Program-made: the position numbers and the translations under genes
Source: Methanotrichaceae archaeon
GTDB lineage: Archaea; Halobacteriota; Methanosarcinia; Methanotrichales; Methanotrichaceae
Assembly: GCA_963754945.1 (NCBI GenBank)
Contig: CAVWIG010000017.1
Span: 64,001-128,000, forward strand
Direction of reading: 5' to 3'
DNA: 64,000 nucleotides
The notes under the pieces: model-generated
What the model was told of the DNA's origin: nothing
The model's input: only the letters and a program-made list of their open reading frames with translations
The model's database searches: none
Part shown: piece after piece, positions 41,738 to 52,658 of the stretch
Position numbering within the stretch: position 1 is the stretch's first letter
Layout: every line of letters begins with the position of its first letter

Positions 41738-43087
41738 ATGGAAGGATCCGAGAGAACTTATGATTTAATCGTGATCGGCACAGGTAATGCAGGCACCGCG
41801 ATGTCACATGAGGCTCGACGTGCGGGATGGAAGGTTGCCATAGCCGATCAACTCCCCTTTGGCGGAACATGCGCTGTGAAAGGATGTATTCCGAAGAAGG
41901 TTTTGGTAAGTGCTGCGGAAGTAATCGTAAGAGCGAAATCCATGCAGAACAAGGGAATCGATGGGGACATTCGCATCAATTGGCCTGAACTGATAAGCTT
42001 CAAGCGAACGTTCACAGACCCAATCCCATCTACGCGTATCAGGACTTACGCCGAAAGAGGGATAGACACATACTGCGGTCACGCTCGATTTCTCGGAAGA
42101 AACATCCTTCGGGTAGGGGACGAAACGATGACCGCCCGATTCATCGGAATCGCGACTGGCGCGTCTCCCAGTAGACTAGGGATTCCAGGCGAGAGATTCG
42201 TCAGCTCTAGCGATGATTTCCTCGCAATGAAAACCATTCCCAAGCGAATCATCTTCATCGGTGGCGGTATCATCTCCTTTGAATTTGCACACGTGGCAGC
42301 CAGTGCTGGGGCGAAAGTTACGATCCTGCATAGGGGCGGTCGATTATTGAAGAACTTCGACCCATTCTTGGTTGATCTCCTTGTGAAAGCCTTTAGGGCA
42401 TCGGGAATCGAGATTCACATGAACATGCCAGTTAAATCGGTCGAGGAAGGTCCGGACCGACTGCTCGTTCATGCAGGCAAGGACGGTGAGCACATATTTG
42501 AGGCAGAGATGGTCGTGCATGGAGCTGGAAGAGCGCCGAACATCGAGAGCCTCGACCTGAAAGCAGGGGAAGTTTCAGTCGACGAAAAGGGAATAGCGAT
42601 CAACCAGCATCTACAGAGCATTTCAAACCCGTCCGTTTACGTGGCTGGAGACGCCAACGCAAGAGGAAAACCGCTCTCTTCTGTTGCAACGATGGATGGC
42701 AGGACCGCAGCTAGGAACATGATTAACGGCAACACGCTAACAACCGATTACAGGACTGTGCCTAGTGTAGTATTCACTTTTCCTTTGCTCGCATCTGTAG
42801 GGCTCGGGAAAGATGAGGCGATGAAGTGCGGAATTAAGACTGTTGTATATGAACGAGAGACTTCAGACTGGTTCTCTAGCCGCAGTGTCGACATTGCCCA
42901 TTCAGGGTACAGGATTCTCACAGATCAATCAGGTAGGATCATTGGGGCACATCTTTTGGGATACAACGCCGACGAGACCATTAACATCTTTGCACTTGCA
43001 ATGAGGGCGGGCATGAAGCTCGCTGATTTGCAGGAAGTAGCTTGGGCGTACCCCACAGCAGCCTACGACATCAATCGGATACGGTAA
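41738..43087 (+). CDS. Pyridine nucleotide-disulfide oxidoreductase (glutathione reductase/dihydrolipoamide dehydrogenase family)
   Basis: GxGxxG, GGTCAVKGCIPKK redox disulfide, ATG, AGD, C-terminal YPT; no MerA C-terminal CC. Confidence 0.9.
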   Translation: MEGSERTYDLIVIGTGNAGTAMSHEARRAGWKVAIADQLPFGGTCAVKGCIPKKVLVSAAEVIVRAKSMQNKGIDGDIRINWPELISFKRTFTDPIPSTRIRTYAERGIDTYCGHARFLGRNILRVGDETMTARFIGIATGASPSRLGIPGERFVSSSDDFLAMKTIPKRIIFIGGGIISFEFAHVAASAGAKVTILHRGGRLLKNFDPFLVDLLVKAFRASGIEIHMNMPVKSVEEGPDRLLVHAGKDGEHIFEAEMVVHGAGRAPNIESLDLKAGEVSVDEKGIAINQHLQSISNPSVYVAGDANARGKPLSSVATMDGRTAARNMINGNTLTTDYRTVPSVVFTFPLLASVGLGKDEAMKCGIKTVVYERETSDWFSSRSVDIAHSGYRILTDQSGRIIGAHLLGYNADETINIFALAMRAGMKLADLQEVAWAYPTAAYDINRIR

Positions 43088-43375
43088 CCTTTGGATTTTA
43101 GGCCTTTGATGAACTGATCTTTTGTTCACAATGTCGTTTATAGCGAACAGCTCTATTCTATAGATCGGTCATATCTGATAGATTCGAGAAGAAGCTAGAT
43201 TTTCAGCAGCCGGTTTGCCTTCATGCAGAGCGATGTAATGAACCTTGCCGCTACCACTAACGCCTTATACATAGCATTGCTTTATTCCCCAATCCTCGGC
43301 AAGAATGCTAGCACTTGAATAGTTTCCGTGTATTAAAAAGAGACAAATCACCGATTTGAAGATGTGTGAACAGAA

Positions 43376-44110
43376 ATGCTAACGGAAAGAGAGCTGGACA
43401 GGTACGACAGGCAGATCCGACTGCTGGGAGAAGATGGCCAGGAAAAGCTGAAAGATGCAAAGGTCTTCATCGCAGGTGCCGGCGGCCTCGGCTCCCCAAT
43501 ATCGATATATCTCACGGCCGCGGGTATCGGTAAAATCAAACTCGTCGATAAAGATACTGTAGCCCTGAGCAACCTCAACCGTCAGATCCTTCACTGGGAG
43601 AAGGACGTAGACAGGGAAAAAGCGATATCCGCCCGGGATAAGCTCACGGAGATCAACAGTGACATCAAAATAGATGCGAAATCAGAGACAATAACGGAAG
43701 ACAATGCCTCCGATCTAGTTGCCGATGCAGACCTGGTAATCGATGCCATGGACAACTTTCCCACCAGGTATCTGCTGAACAGAACTGCTCTGGAGAAGGG
43801 CATACCCTTCATTCACGGAGCTATCAATGGATTCCACGGCCAAGCCACCACTGTGCTTCCCGGAGAGTCTGCCTGTCTTCGATGTATCTTTAGAGAAGCT
43901 CCTCCGCCATCGGTCTTCCCCGTTCTTGGAGTTACACCCGGCATCATCGGTTTAATTCAGGCATCCGAGGCCATTAAATACATCGTCGGTATCGGCGAGC
44001 TGCTTTCCGGAAAGCTTCTTCTCTGGGACGGGCTGACATCTCAGACAGAAATCGTACAGGTAGACAAAAATGCCCATTGCCAGGATTGCGGAACTGGCGG
44101 ACGAAGGTAA
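43376..44110 (+). CDS. ThiF/MoeB/HesA family adenylyltransferase
   Basis: RYDRQI, GAGGLGS, SNLNRQ, CLRC..CQDC. Confidence 0.92.
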   Translation: MLTERELDRYDRQIRLLGEDGQEKLKDAKVFIAGAGGLGSPISIYLTAAGIGKIKLVDKDTVALSNLNRQILHWEKDVDREKAISARDKLTEINSDIKIDAKSETITEDNASDLVADADLVIDAMDNFPTRYLLNRTALEKGIPFIHGAINGFHGQATTVLPGESACLRCIFREAPPPSVFPVLGVTPGIIGLIQASEAIKYIVGIGELLSGKLLLWDGLTSQTEIVQVDKNAHCQDCGTGGRR

Positions 44111-44126
44111 GAAGGAGTAGCCCAAA

Positions 44127-45293
44127 ATGTACTTGGTCAGGTACTCGGAGATTGCCCTGAAGTCTGAGCCGGTAAGAAGGCGCTGGGAAGATGTTTTGAT
44201 CTCCAGCATCCAGAAGGTCCTTCCGGGAGTGAAAGTCAGCAAGGAACGAGGCAGAATCTGGCTGGATGGTCCAGTGGACCCGGAGAAGCTCAGAAAAGTC
44301 TTCGGAATAGTCTCCTTCTCCGAGGTCGAGCACTGCAAGCTGGAAGAGCTGAACTCCTATATCCTGGATTTCTGCATAAGATCTGGCCTTGAGACGGCTA
44401 GGACCTTCGCCCTGAGGCTCCGGAGAGTGGGCAACCATCCCTTCAAATCACAGGAGAAGACCATCGAGCTGGCTGATCTTATCCTGGCAAGGTTCAAGAA
44501 CCTCGGAGTGGATCTTGACGAACCGGAGGCCACAGTCTATGTGGAGATCAGGGATGACGATGTCTACCTTTACCGAAATGCGGTTAAAGGTCCGGGAGGC
44601 ATTCCCCTGGGAGTGGAGGGCAAACTGGTAGCCCTCTTCTCCGGCGGCATAGACTCGCCAGTCGCAGCCTGGATGATGATGAAGCGAGGCTGCAAGATAA
44701 TTCCCGTTTACGCTGACCTGGAATCCTTCGCTAGCGTTAGCGCGCTGGATCGCGCCCAGGCAGTCATCGAAGCCTTGAGAGCTTACCAACCGGATCTGGA
44801 GCTTCTGGTTGTGAAAGACGGCTTCCTGATGAGGGCTGTGGAAGTCCTGAGGAAAAAGGATCTGGAGAACTATACCTGCATCTTGTGCAAGCGCAGGATG
44901 TACCGCTTGGCGGAGTCTGTGGCAAGGGAAGTGGGTGCCAAGGGGATTGTAACAGGCGAGTCCCTTGGCCAGGTTGCATCTCAGACCCTGGACAATCTCT
45001 TTGTCCTCGATGACTGTGCCTCAATGCCGGTTTACCGGCCCCTAATCGGTTTTGACAAGGTTGAGGCGGAGAAGATCGCCAGGGAGATCGGGACCTACGA
45101 GCCGTCCATTCTTAAGGCCGAAGGCTGCAAAGCGGTTCCCTACAAGCCTTCCACCAAGGCCAAGCTTGAGAAGGTGTTGGCGGTGGAGAAAACACTATCA
45201 GTGGAAGACCAAGTAGCTGAGGGTTCAACCTCTGGGCCAGAACATAATGATGGTCACGCCGATCAGGGAGATGACGCCTCCAAGGATATCTAA
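44127..45293 (+). CDS. thiI: tRNA 4-thiouridine synthase ThiI
   Basis: [15 protein letters not shown] domain, [32 protein letters not shown]. Confidence 0.93.
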   Translation: MYLVRYSEIALKSEPVRRRWEDVLISSIQKVLPGVKVSKERGRIWLDGPVDPEKLRKVFGIVSFSEVEHCKLEELNSYILDFCIRSGLETARTFALRLRRVGNHPFKSQEKTIELADLILARFKNLGVDLDEPEATVYVEIRDDDVYLYRNAVKGPGGIPLGVEGKLVALFSGGIDSPVAAWMMMKRGCKIIPVYADLESFASVSALDRAQAVIEALRAYQPDLELLVVKDGFLMRAVEVLRKKDLENYTCILCKRRMYRLAESVAREVGAKGIVTGESLGQVASQTLDNLFVLDDCASMPVYRPLIGFDKVEAEKIAREIGTYEPSILKAEGCKAVPYKPSTKAKLEKVLAVEKTLSVEDQVAEGSTSGPEHNDGHADQGDDASKDI

Positions 45294-45554
45294 CCTGTCA
45301 GGAACTACCTTATCTATCTGCCAGCCCCACAGGATGGAGAGAGCTATGAAAATGCCGCCGTAGGCAGCATAAACTCGGCCGAAGTTTGCGGGTTGGAAGG
45401 TTGGTATGATTCCATAGAGGATCAAGACCAGCGCGCCAAGCACAGCAAACCAGATTCCTCTTCCATCTCTGACCCACAGCCACATGAGATACCCGCCGCC
45501 TATCTCGCAGAGTCCTGCGAGAACGAATAAAAATAGAGATCGAGCTATGTCCAT
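45225..45554 (-). CDS. YnfA (UPF0060) family small membrane protein
   Basis: [23 protein letters not shown]. Confidence 0.9.
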   Translation of the reverse strand: MDIARSLFLFVLAGLCEIGGGYLMWLWVRDGRGIWFAVLGALVLILYGIIPTFQPANFGRVYAAYGGIFIALSILWGWQIDKVVPDRLDILGGVISLIGVTIIMFWPRG

Positions 45555-45688
45555 TGTAGCCTCCAGATTCTTCTATTAACAAAGACTCAAGCCTGATATG
45601 AAAAGTGCACGCTAGATTTAGACACAATCCCAAATATCGAATCTGAGGACAGAGATGCACAAAGGAAAATGTTTATACAATACATCAA

Positions 45689-46255
45689 ATGAATATGGTC
45701 GAACGTAATAGAGATGATGACATGCAAGACGCTAAGCCGAAGTTCATATTCACTTGCCAAGAGTGCGGGCAGTGCTGCGAACGAGAAGTCGCGATTTATT
45801 TGAGCGACGTTGAGAGATGGTCAAAGGATGGAACCATCTACCAGGTATTTCCAAATCTAACAGTATCAGGTGAATCTATGCCGTTGTCGCTACATCTGGA
45901 AAGAGAGGACGGCAAATGCAAGATGTTCGATCCGGACAGCAAAAAATGCAAGATCTACGACAATCGCCCGTTATCATGCAGGGCATATCCTCTGAGGCAC
46001 GATGGAACAGGCTTTCTCTTGAGGGATGAGGAATGTCCCGGATTGAATAAAGGCGAGATGAGCCGGGAGAACCTGGAAGAGATCAGGAAAGATGCCATCC
46101 AGGAACATGAGGCAGAGGTTCACACAGCCGCTGTCCTGCCCACAATACAAGCGCTCTTGTTGAGCGACATGGCCAAGAAGTCTGAGGAAGCCTACAGCAA
46201 ACTGTCCGATGAAGAGAAGGCGAAGCTGGAAGAAATTTTGAAAAAGGAGAAATAA
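45689..46255 (+). CDS. YkgJ-family CxxCxxCC cysteine-cluster protein
   Basis: CQECGQCC, CKIYDNRPLSCRAYP, CPG. Confidence 0.88.
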   Translation: MNMVERNRDDDMQDAKPKFIFTCQECGQCCEREVAIYLSDVERWSKDGTIYQVFPNLTVSGESMPLSLHLEREDGKCKMFDPDSKKCKIYDNRPLSCRAYPLRHDGTGFLLRDEECPGLNKGEMSRENLEEIRKDAIQEHEAEVHTAAVLPTIQALLLSDMAKKSEEAYSKLSDEEKAKLEEILKKEK

Positions 46256-46337
46256 CTGCTTGCCATCAATCTCGCTACTACGGTCGCACGAAGCAAGATT
46301 TCTGGACCTACAACTCTTGCTCTCGGCTAAATCTCCC

Positions 46338-47291
46338 TTAGCGTTCCTTTTTCTGCTGTTTAACGAAACGGTCCCAGTCCCATGGCTCGTCCAGGACCTT
46401 CACCTCAACGCTTCGGATCCCGTTGATCCCCTCGACCCGGCGCTTGACCTGATCCGTAAGATGGTCCACCAGAGGGCAGGCCTGGGTAGTCAGGACCATG
46501 TCCACTTCGGCATGGTCGTCTCTCACGATTATATCCTTGATCAGGCCAAGATCCACGATATCGATTCCCACCTCAGGATCTATGACATCCCTCAAGGCCG
46601 CCCTGATCTCATCCTCAATTACCAGCTCAGCCCTGATCTTTTCGGCCTCAGGTCCCGGCAGAGACTTCTCTATGCCTCTCAGCCGCTCCTCAAGCCGGTT
46701 CTGCCGGTCCAGCAACCTGCTAACAACCCTGAGCATTGGGTCTGGTAAGTTGCCATAGTCCAGGTCGGTTCGTGTCGTCGGGCACTCGGGCTCCGCTATT
46801 CTCCCAGGAACGCCCACAACCGTAGCCCCTGGCGGAACAGATCTCACAACTACGGAACCGGCTCCTATCTTTGCCCCTCTTCCAACGGTTATCGGACCAA
46901 GGACTATGGACCCTGCGCCTATCACTACTTCGTCCTCAATTGTAGGATGACGCTTCACCTTTTCGAGACTAGTTCCACCCAGGACCGTTCCCATGTACAT
47001 CAGGACGTCGTTGCCGATCTCTGCCGTCTCTCCGATCACCACACCCATGCCGTGGTCTATGAAGAACCTCCGACCGATCTTAGCTCCAGGGTGAATCTCC
47101 ACTCCGGTGAGGAAACGCGATATATGGGAGCTGAAACGGGCCAGGAAGAACAGATTATGAGTCCACAGAAAATGAGACATCCTGTGCAGCCAGACAGCAT
47201 GTAGCCCAGGATAGCAAAAGACGACTTCCCAGACAGTCTTGGCTGCTGGGTCTTTGGCAAAGACAGTCTGGATGTCTTCTCTGATGCTCAT
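46338..47291 (-). CDS. cysE: Serine O-acetyltransferase fused to a C-terminal DUF59/SufT-like domain
   Basis: DPAA, EIHPGA, FIDHG, KRHPT, VGVPGR; then [25 protein letters not shown]. Confidence 0.92.
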   Translation of the reverse strand: MSIREDIQTVFAKDPAAKTVWEVVFCYPGLHAVWLHRMSHFLWTHNLFFLARFSSHISRFLTGVEIHPGAKIGRRFFIDHGMGVVIGETAEIGNDVLMYMGTVLGGTSLEKVKRHPTIEDEVVIGAGSIVLGPITVGRGAKIGAGSVVVRSVPPGATVVGVPGRIAEPECPTTRTDLDYGNLPDPMLRVVSRLLDRQNRLEERLRGIEKSLPGPEAEKIRAELVIEDEIRAALRDVIDPEVGIDIVDLGLIKDIIVRDDHAEVDMVLTTQACPLVDHLTDQVKRRVEGINGIRSVEVKVLDEPWDWDRFVKQQKKER

Positions 47292-47308
47292 CTTCCGGTT
47301 ACCTCACC

Positions 47309-48239
47309 TCAAAACTCGAAGAGCTCTGTGCTCAGGTATCGCTCGCCAGTATCTGGCATTATTGCTACAACGAGCTTTCCCTTATTCTCCGGCCTGGCAG
47401 CCACCTGAAGGGCAGCCCAGGCTGCTGCGCCAGAAGAGATTCCGACAAGTATCCCTTCTTCTTTGGCCAGCCTTCGGGCAGTTTTTATTGCGTCCTCGTA
47501 CTCTACCTTTACAATCTCATCCACTAGATCGCGTCGTAGCACATCCGGCACGAAGCCTGCTCCGATTCCCTGGATCTTGTGCGGTCCAGGCTTGCCTCTT
47601 GAGAGGACCGGAGATGCTGCGGGCTCGACTGCGATGGTGCGAAATCCCGGTCGGCGGGACTTGATGACTTCGGCTATACCGGTTATTGTTCCGCCAGTGC
47701 CCACGCCCGCCACAACGAAGTCCACCTTTCCGTCTGTGTCTCTCCAGATCTCCTCTGCTGTAGTCTTGCGATGGATCTCAGGATTGGCCGGGTTCCTGAA
47801 CTGCTGGGGAATGTAGTAATAGCGCGGGATCCTTTGCCAACATTTCTTCTGCAGTTGCTATCGCTCCTTTCATCCCTTGACTTCCTGGGGTCAACACCAG
47901 ATCGGCTCCCAAGGCTTTGAGCAATTTCCGCCGCTCGATCGACATGGTCTCCGGCATCACCAGGACCAGCTTGTAGCCCCTGGCGGCGGCGACGAAGGCC
48001 AGGGCGATGCCTGTGTTTCCGCTGGTTGGTTCCAGGATGATGGTGTCTGGTTTGATGTGTCCTGCTTTTTCAGCGGCGTCGATCATGGACACTCCGATTC
48101 TGTCTTTTACACTGCTCAGGGGATTAAAAGACTCCAACTTGACTACCACTGTGGCGTCTATGCCTTTAGTTACTCTATTTAGTTTGACCAGAGGCGTATT
48201 GCCGATGGTCTTGGTTAGATCCTCGTAGATCCTTACCAT
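47309..48239 (-). pseudogene. cysK: Cysteine synthase A with one +1 frameshift at 47826-47828
   Basis: GNTPLV, SVKDRI, PTSGNTG, QQF.NPAN, GVGTGGT, HKIQGIG, ERYLST. Confidence 0.9.
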
Positions 48240-48908
48240 GAATTAACATCTCCATTCTATTAGCTGTTAAGAGCAGACACTCCGAAAGAAGGCAAATCTT
48301 GAACCATGCATAGCTACATTATGCGTAAATTGTTCTGCGACCAGCATACTCGATTCCAACTTTTGGCTTATGACTAAGCTTCGCCTAACATGTCTTTTGA
48401 GCGGTCTCTTTCAGATCAGTTATTCCTGAAACCCAAAGGCTCTAATCGGGGCGATTTCATGTACGTTTTTAGTTAAGACATCAAGCATTAAGGACGTATT
48501 CATTGCGGCAATTTCCATCCGAATTAATCATCACGATTGTTATTATGCCCTGGAGATATAAGACTTCTCCGGAGCGTGAGCTTCTGGAATATTGAAGGAG
48601 GCATCGAGCATACGATCTTCCTTTGAGTCCCATTATGAGCCATGCAGGTGTAGTTACGGAAAGAGTACGGGATTCGAGCGAGAGCTCAATCTCTGTGATG
48701 AACAGTTCAGGAGATGTCAGCTGCCCGGTGAGAATGTAGGATTTAACTCAGAGATCGGAGATATGCGAAGGATTATCTCCCGATGCTGAAAACGTTGCCA
48801 GCTCCGTTGTTGCCCACAAACGTCAGAACTTAGATAGTGATTAAAGAATAAGAAGCGGATGCGCAGTAGGTATAAGAATGCCGCTTCTCGGGAATTTATT
48901 CTGTAAAT

Positions 48909-49259
48909 TTATTCCACCAGCTCATACAGTATCTTCATGGCCTTGGTAAAGGGAGGCATACCTGAAGTCAGAAGAACCACCCTCAGAACATCAACTATTT
49001 CGTCCTTGGTGATTTTGAACTCCTTCATTGCGCTAATCATCTGCTTTTTTGTTGCCCTGTCGTCTGAGGCAGAAGCATTTATGCCCAGGGCTATCAACTT
49101 CTGTGTTTTGTAGTCTATGACCTTCCCGGTGTAGGCGGCCTCGTTCAAACCTACAATCGCATTGTAAAGGTCAGGGTATTCATTTTTTACTTTTGCCATT
49201 CCTTCGCCAAAGAACACTTCGTCTTTCATTTTGTCCACCAACTTTACTTCTTTCCGCAT
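48909..49259 (-). CDS. Carboxymuconolactone decarboxylase (CMD/AhpD-like) family protein
   Basis: IDYKTQKLIALGI..ITKDEIVDVL..SGMP pattern; lacks CxxC. Confidence 0.75.
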   Translation of the reverse strand: MRKEVKLVDKMKDEVFFGEGMAKVKNEYPDLYNAIVGLNEAAYTGKVIDYKTQKLIALGINASASDDRATKKQMISAMKEFKITKDEIVDVLRVVLLTSGMPPFTKAMKILYELVE

Positions 49260-49794
49260 ATTTTATAGCTCATTCCGTATAGCCTTTTCTAAAGTTGTGT
49301 TATAGATTTATGTTCACATTGCCATCTATGAGGTCCGAAATGGTCGAGATGGCATAAGAAAAAGAGACAAAAAATCCATCGGAGATGAACTTACCTCATA
49401 AAACGCAAGTGATGGCAACCACCGACAAATCAACCGTCATCAGGAGATGCGCCATGTGGCATCCAAGGCAGGAAAAGGACACAAAGACGGAAGGATTGGG
49501 CAAGCCGATCAGACCTGTCTTGTAGCGCATAACTGGCATTATCTATCATAATTAAGTGATTCTAGTTTCATTGTTGGGCACAATAATCCTTGAGCTATGG
49601 ACGCATGCGAGAGTTCAGATTCTCGAACATCCGGTTCTTGGAGTTTTTTTGACTATATTGGCACCATCGATTCCAATTTGTGCTTGGAGTCATCAATACA
49701 ACAATATTAATTATTATTCATAGTCCAAAATTTAAAATACGAACAAAACTATTTAGATCAATAAAAGCTAATAGAACTACAGGATAGTGATGAT

Positions 49795-49938
49795 GTGAAA
49801 GTTATTGACCCCGCCTGCAAAATGGAAATAGAGGACAAATGGGCAGCATACAAATCTGAGTATAAAGGAAAGACGTATTATTTCTGCTGCGATTCCTGCA
49901 AGAAGAGGTTCGATTTAAGTCCAGAGAAGTATCTCTGA
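49795..49938 (+). CDS. Stand-alone YHS/TRASH domain protein 1 (47 aa)
   Basis: Manual translation VKVIDPACKMEIEDKWAAYKSEYKGKTYYFCCDSCKKRFDLSPEKYL. Confidence 0.9.
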   Translation: MKVIDPACKMEIEDKWAAYKSEYKGKTYYFCCDSCKKRFDLSPEKYL

Positions 49939-50015
49939 GCATTGCAGGGATGCTTGTTCGCGCGAATACTTCTAAGGAAATTTTTTTGTTTAATCCAGAA
50001 AGGAGGACGAATATA

Positions 50016-52121
50016 ATGGCAGTGGAAGAAGTGGCACCGAACCTACCTGAGATCGGCAAAGAGCCAGAGATGCCTGGCATGGGTAGGATGGGTATGGATC
50101 ATGAAGCGCAAAAAACAAGTCATGAGCACAAAATGCATGACATGGACCTGCGCCCTAACGAACCCCATAAAACACATCGAGGCAGACACGAAGGCCACGT
50201 CACTGAGGACTTTAAAAGAAGATTCATAATATCTTTAATTTTGACCCTCCCCATCCTTGCCCTCTCTCCGTTTATTCAGGACCTATTTAGATTTAAATTA
50301 GAGTTTCCGGGCTCTATTTATGCTCTGTTCCTGCTTTCCACATTCGTCTATTTCTATGGCGGCTATCCATTCCTGAAGGGTTTCTTGAATGAGATCAGGG
50401 ACAACAACATCGGAATGATGACCCTGATCGCAACGGCCATAAGCGCCGCCTATTTTTACAGCTCGGCAGTGGCCTTCGGCCTGCGAGGAGAGATCTTCTT
50501 CTGGGAGCTTGCCACGCTGATTGATATCATGCTTCTCGGCCACTGGATCGAGATGCGCTCCGTGCTGGGAGCCTCACGTGCTTTAGAGGAGCTGGTCAAA
50601 ATAATGCCCTCCGAAGCCCACCTGCTAAAAAACGGGCAGACTGTGGACGTCAAGGTTGAAATGCTGAAGCCAGGAGACCGAGTTCTGGTCAAGCCCGGAG
50701 AGAAAATACCTGTCGATGGGGCTGTGATAGAGGGAGAGACGAGCGTCAATGAGTCGATGCTGACCGGAGAATCCAAGCCGGTTACGAAAAAGGCTGAGGA
50801 CAACGTGATAGGCGGCTCCATCAATGGTGAGGGCTCGATATCGGTGGAGGTAAGAAAGATTGGCTCAGAGACTTACCTCAATCAGGTCATTGAACTGGTC
50901 AGGCAGGCTCAGGAGAGCAAGTCAAAGACCCAGGATCTGGCCGACAATGCTGCTCGCTTGCTCACAATCATATCGCTCAGCGTCGGAGCCATCACTCTGG
51001 CAACCTGGCTTTACATTGGCAAGGACTCCTCCTTCGCCGTCGAGAGGGCGGTTACAGTCATGGTCATATCCTGTCCACATGCTTTAGGTCTGGCTGTCCC
51101 ACTGGTGGTTGCAGTCTCGACTTCTCTAGCAGCAAAATCAGGACTGCTGATCCGGAATAGACAGGCATTTGAGAGGGCCAAAGACCTTCAGGCTGTGGTC
51201 TTCGACAAGACAGGAACGCTGACCGAGGGCCGGTTCGGAGTAACTGATATCGTACCCCTTTCGGAGTCAGATGAGAAGGAAATCCTAAGATTGACTGCAT
51301 CCCTGGAAGCAAACTCAGAGCATCCCATAGCCGCAGGAATTGTGAACGACTCGTTGGAGAAAGGGATCGAGCTTGTCCACGTTCATGAGTTCAAAGCAAT
51401 CCCCGGAAAGGGCGTAGAGGGCCAGGTCCATGGAAAAAGATGGAGTGTCGCTAGCCCCGGATACCTGCGGGAAAGCAAGATCGAACTTAAGGACGAGAGG
51501 GTAGAGAAGCTGGAGCAACAGGGAAAGACCGTTGTTTTCCTGCTCGAAGAAGACCGCCCCATCGGGGCCATAGCCCTGGCTGACATCATAAGGAAGGAGT
51601 CCCGAGAGGCCATCGAGAAGCTTAAGGCGATGGGCATAAAGTGCATGATGCTCACCGGGGACAACAGGTTTGTGGCCAAGTGGGTCGCCGAGGAGCTGGG
51701 GCTGGACGATTTCTTCGCCGAGGTGCTGCCTCACGAAAAGGCGGAGGCCATAAAAAAGGTCCAGAAGGATTACATTGTGGCCATGGTAGGAGACGGGGTC
51801 AACGACGCTCCTGCCCTCGTGCAGGCTGACATTGGAATAGCCATTGGCGCGGGTACTGACGTAGCGGTCGAGTCGGCTGACATAGTTCTCGTCAGGAACG
51901 ATCCCAGAGACGTCGTGAACATAGTCGGCCTGTCGAAGAAAACTTACACGAAGATGTTTCAGAACCTTGTCTGGGCTACGGGTTACAACGCCTTTGCAAT
52001 TCCCTTGGCGGCCGGAGTTCTGTACAGCTACGGCGTACTCCTCAGCCCTGCCATCGCTGCAATCTTCATGAGCGCGAGCACTGTAATTGTGGCCATAAAT
52101 GCGAGATTGCTTAAAATGTAG
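50016..52121 (+). CDS. copB: Copper-translocating P1B-3 ATPase (CopB type)
   Basis: His/Met-rich N-terminus, LTGES, CPHAL, DKTGT, SEHP, GDGVND, YN and MS..ST motifs; AGGAGG before ATG 50016. Confidence 0.92.
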   Translation: MAVEEVAPNLPEIGKEPEMPGMGRMGMDHEAQKTSHEHKMHDMDLRPNEPHKTHRGRHEGHVTEDFKRRFIISLILTLPILALSPFIQDLFRFKLEFPGSIYALFLLSTFVYFYGGYPFLKGFLNEIRDNNIGMMTLIATAISAAYFYSSAVAFGLRGEIFFWELATLIDIMLLGHWIEMRSVLGASRALEELVKIMPSEAHLLKNGQTVDVKVEMLKPGDRVLVKPGEKIPVDGAVIEGETSVNESMLTGESKPVTKKAEDNVIGGSINGEGSISVEVRKIGSETYLNQVIELVRQAQESKSKTQDLADNAARLLTIISLSVGAITLATWLYIGKDSSFAVERAVTVMVISCPHALGLAVPLVVAVSTSLAAKSGLLIRNRQAFERAKDLQAVVFDKTGTLTEGRFGVTDIVPLSESDEKEILRLTASLEANSEHPIAAGIVNDSLEKGIELVHVHEFKAIPGKGVEGQVHGKRWSVASPGYLRESKIELKDERVEKLEQQGKTVVFLLEEDRPIGAIALADIIRKESREAIEKLKAMGIKCMMLTGDNRFVAKWVAEELGLDDFFAEVLPHEKAEAIKKVQKDYIVAMVGDGVNDAPALVQADIGIAIGAGTDVAVESADIVLVRNDPRDVVNIVGLSKKTYTKMFQNLVWATGYNAFAIPLAAGVLYSYGVLLSPAIAAIFMSASTVIVAINARLLKM

Positions 52122-52215
52122 CTTTAGCTTGGATACTCTGCCGATCTATAAATACTAAGAGCTGGTCATAGTTACATGTTGAAAATTTCATAAAATAGAG
52201 AGTGAGGATGATAGA

Positions 52216-52517
52216 ATGGCTAAATCGGGAAGAAACGCGCTGGTCTCACTGCTGGCATGCATAGGGTTATTGATCGCAATGATTAGCCTCACCGCAGGAA
52301 GTATGATGGGGCAAGGTGGCATGATGGGAAAGACGATGGGTCAGTGCATGAGCAAAGAATGTGACACCATGATGAATACCTGCCGGACAACATGACCTGT
52401 ATGGTGGCACAATCCATGATGGGAACCTGTCCCGCCAACAAGACCTGCTACAAGATAGAGGCCCAGAAATCGGTCGCATCTGGCAACGTATCAACTAAAG
52501 ATCAGCACGTCCACTAA
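52216..52517 (+). CDS. Secreted Met/Cys-rich small protein (one frameshift at about 52383)
   Basis: Adding one C gives 100 aa: signal peptide then MMGQGGMMG..CMSKECDTMMNTCPDNMTCM..MMGTCPANKTC..HVH. Confidence 0.65.
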
Positions 52518-52658
52518 CTTGAACGCCGGACTGAAGGCCAAATTACCGCGATCAGTTCGAGAGGTGTGCAGATTCTCTCCTGTATGCCCTCGTTAATTGG
52601 AGAACATTAGATCACATTTTTAATAATTGATAGTATTAGTTTTGCTGAGTTGAGATTC

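Noticed and set aside
41738-43087. Possible mercuric reductase MerA
   Set aside because: Lacks the C-terminal Cys pair and the NmerA domain
48240-48560. Possible leader peptide or riboswitch upstream of cysK
   Set aside because: The short ORF has no Cys codons and no recognisable RNA consensus was seen
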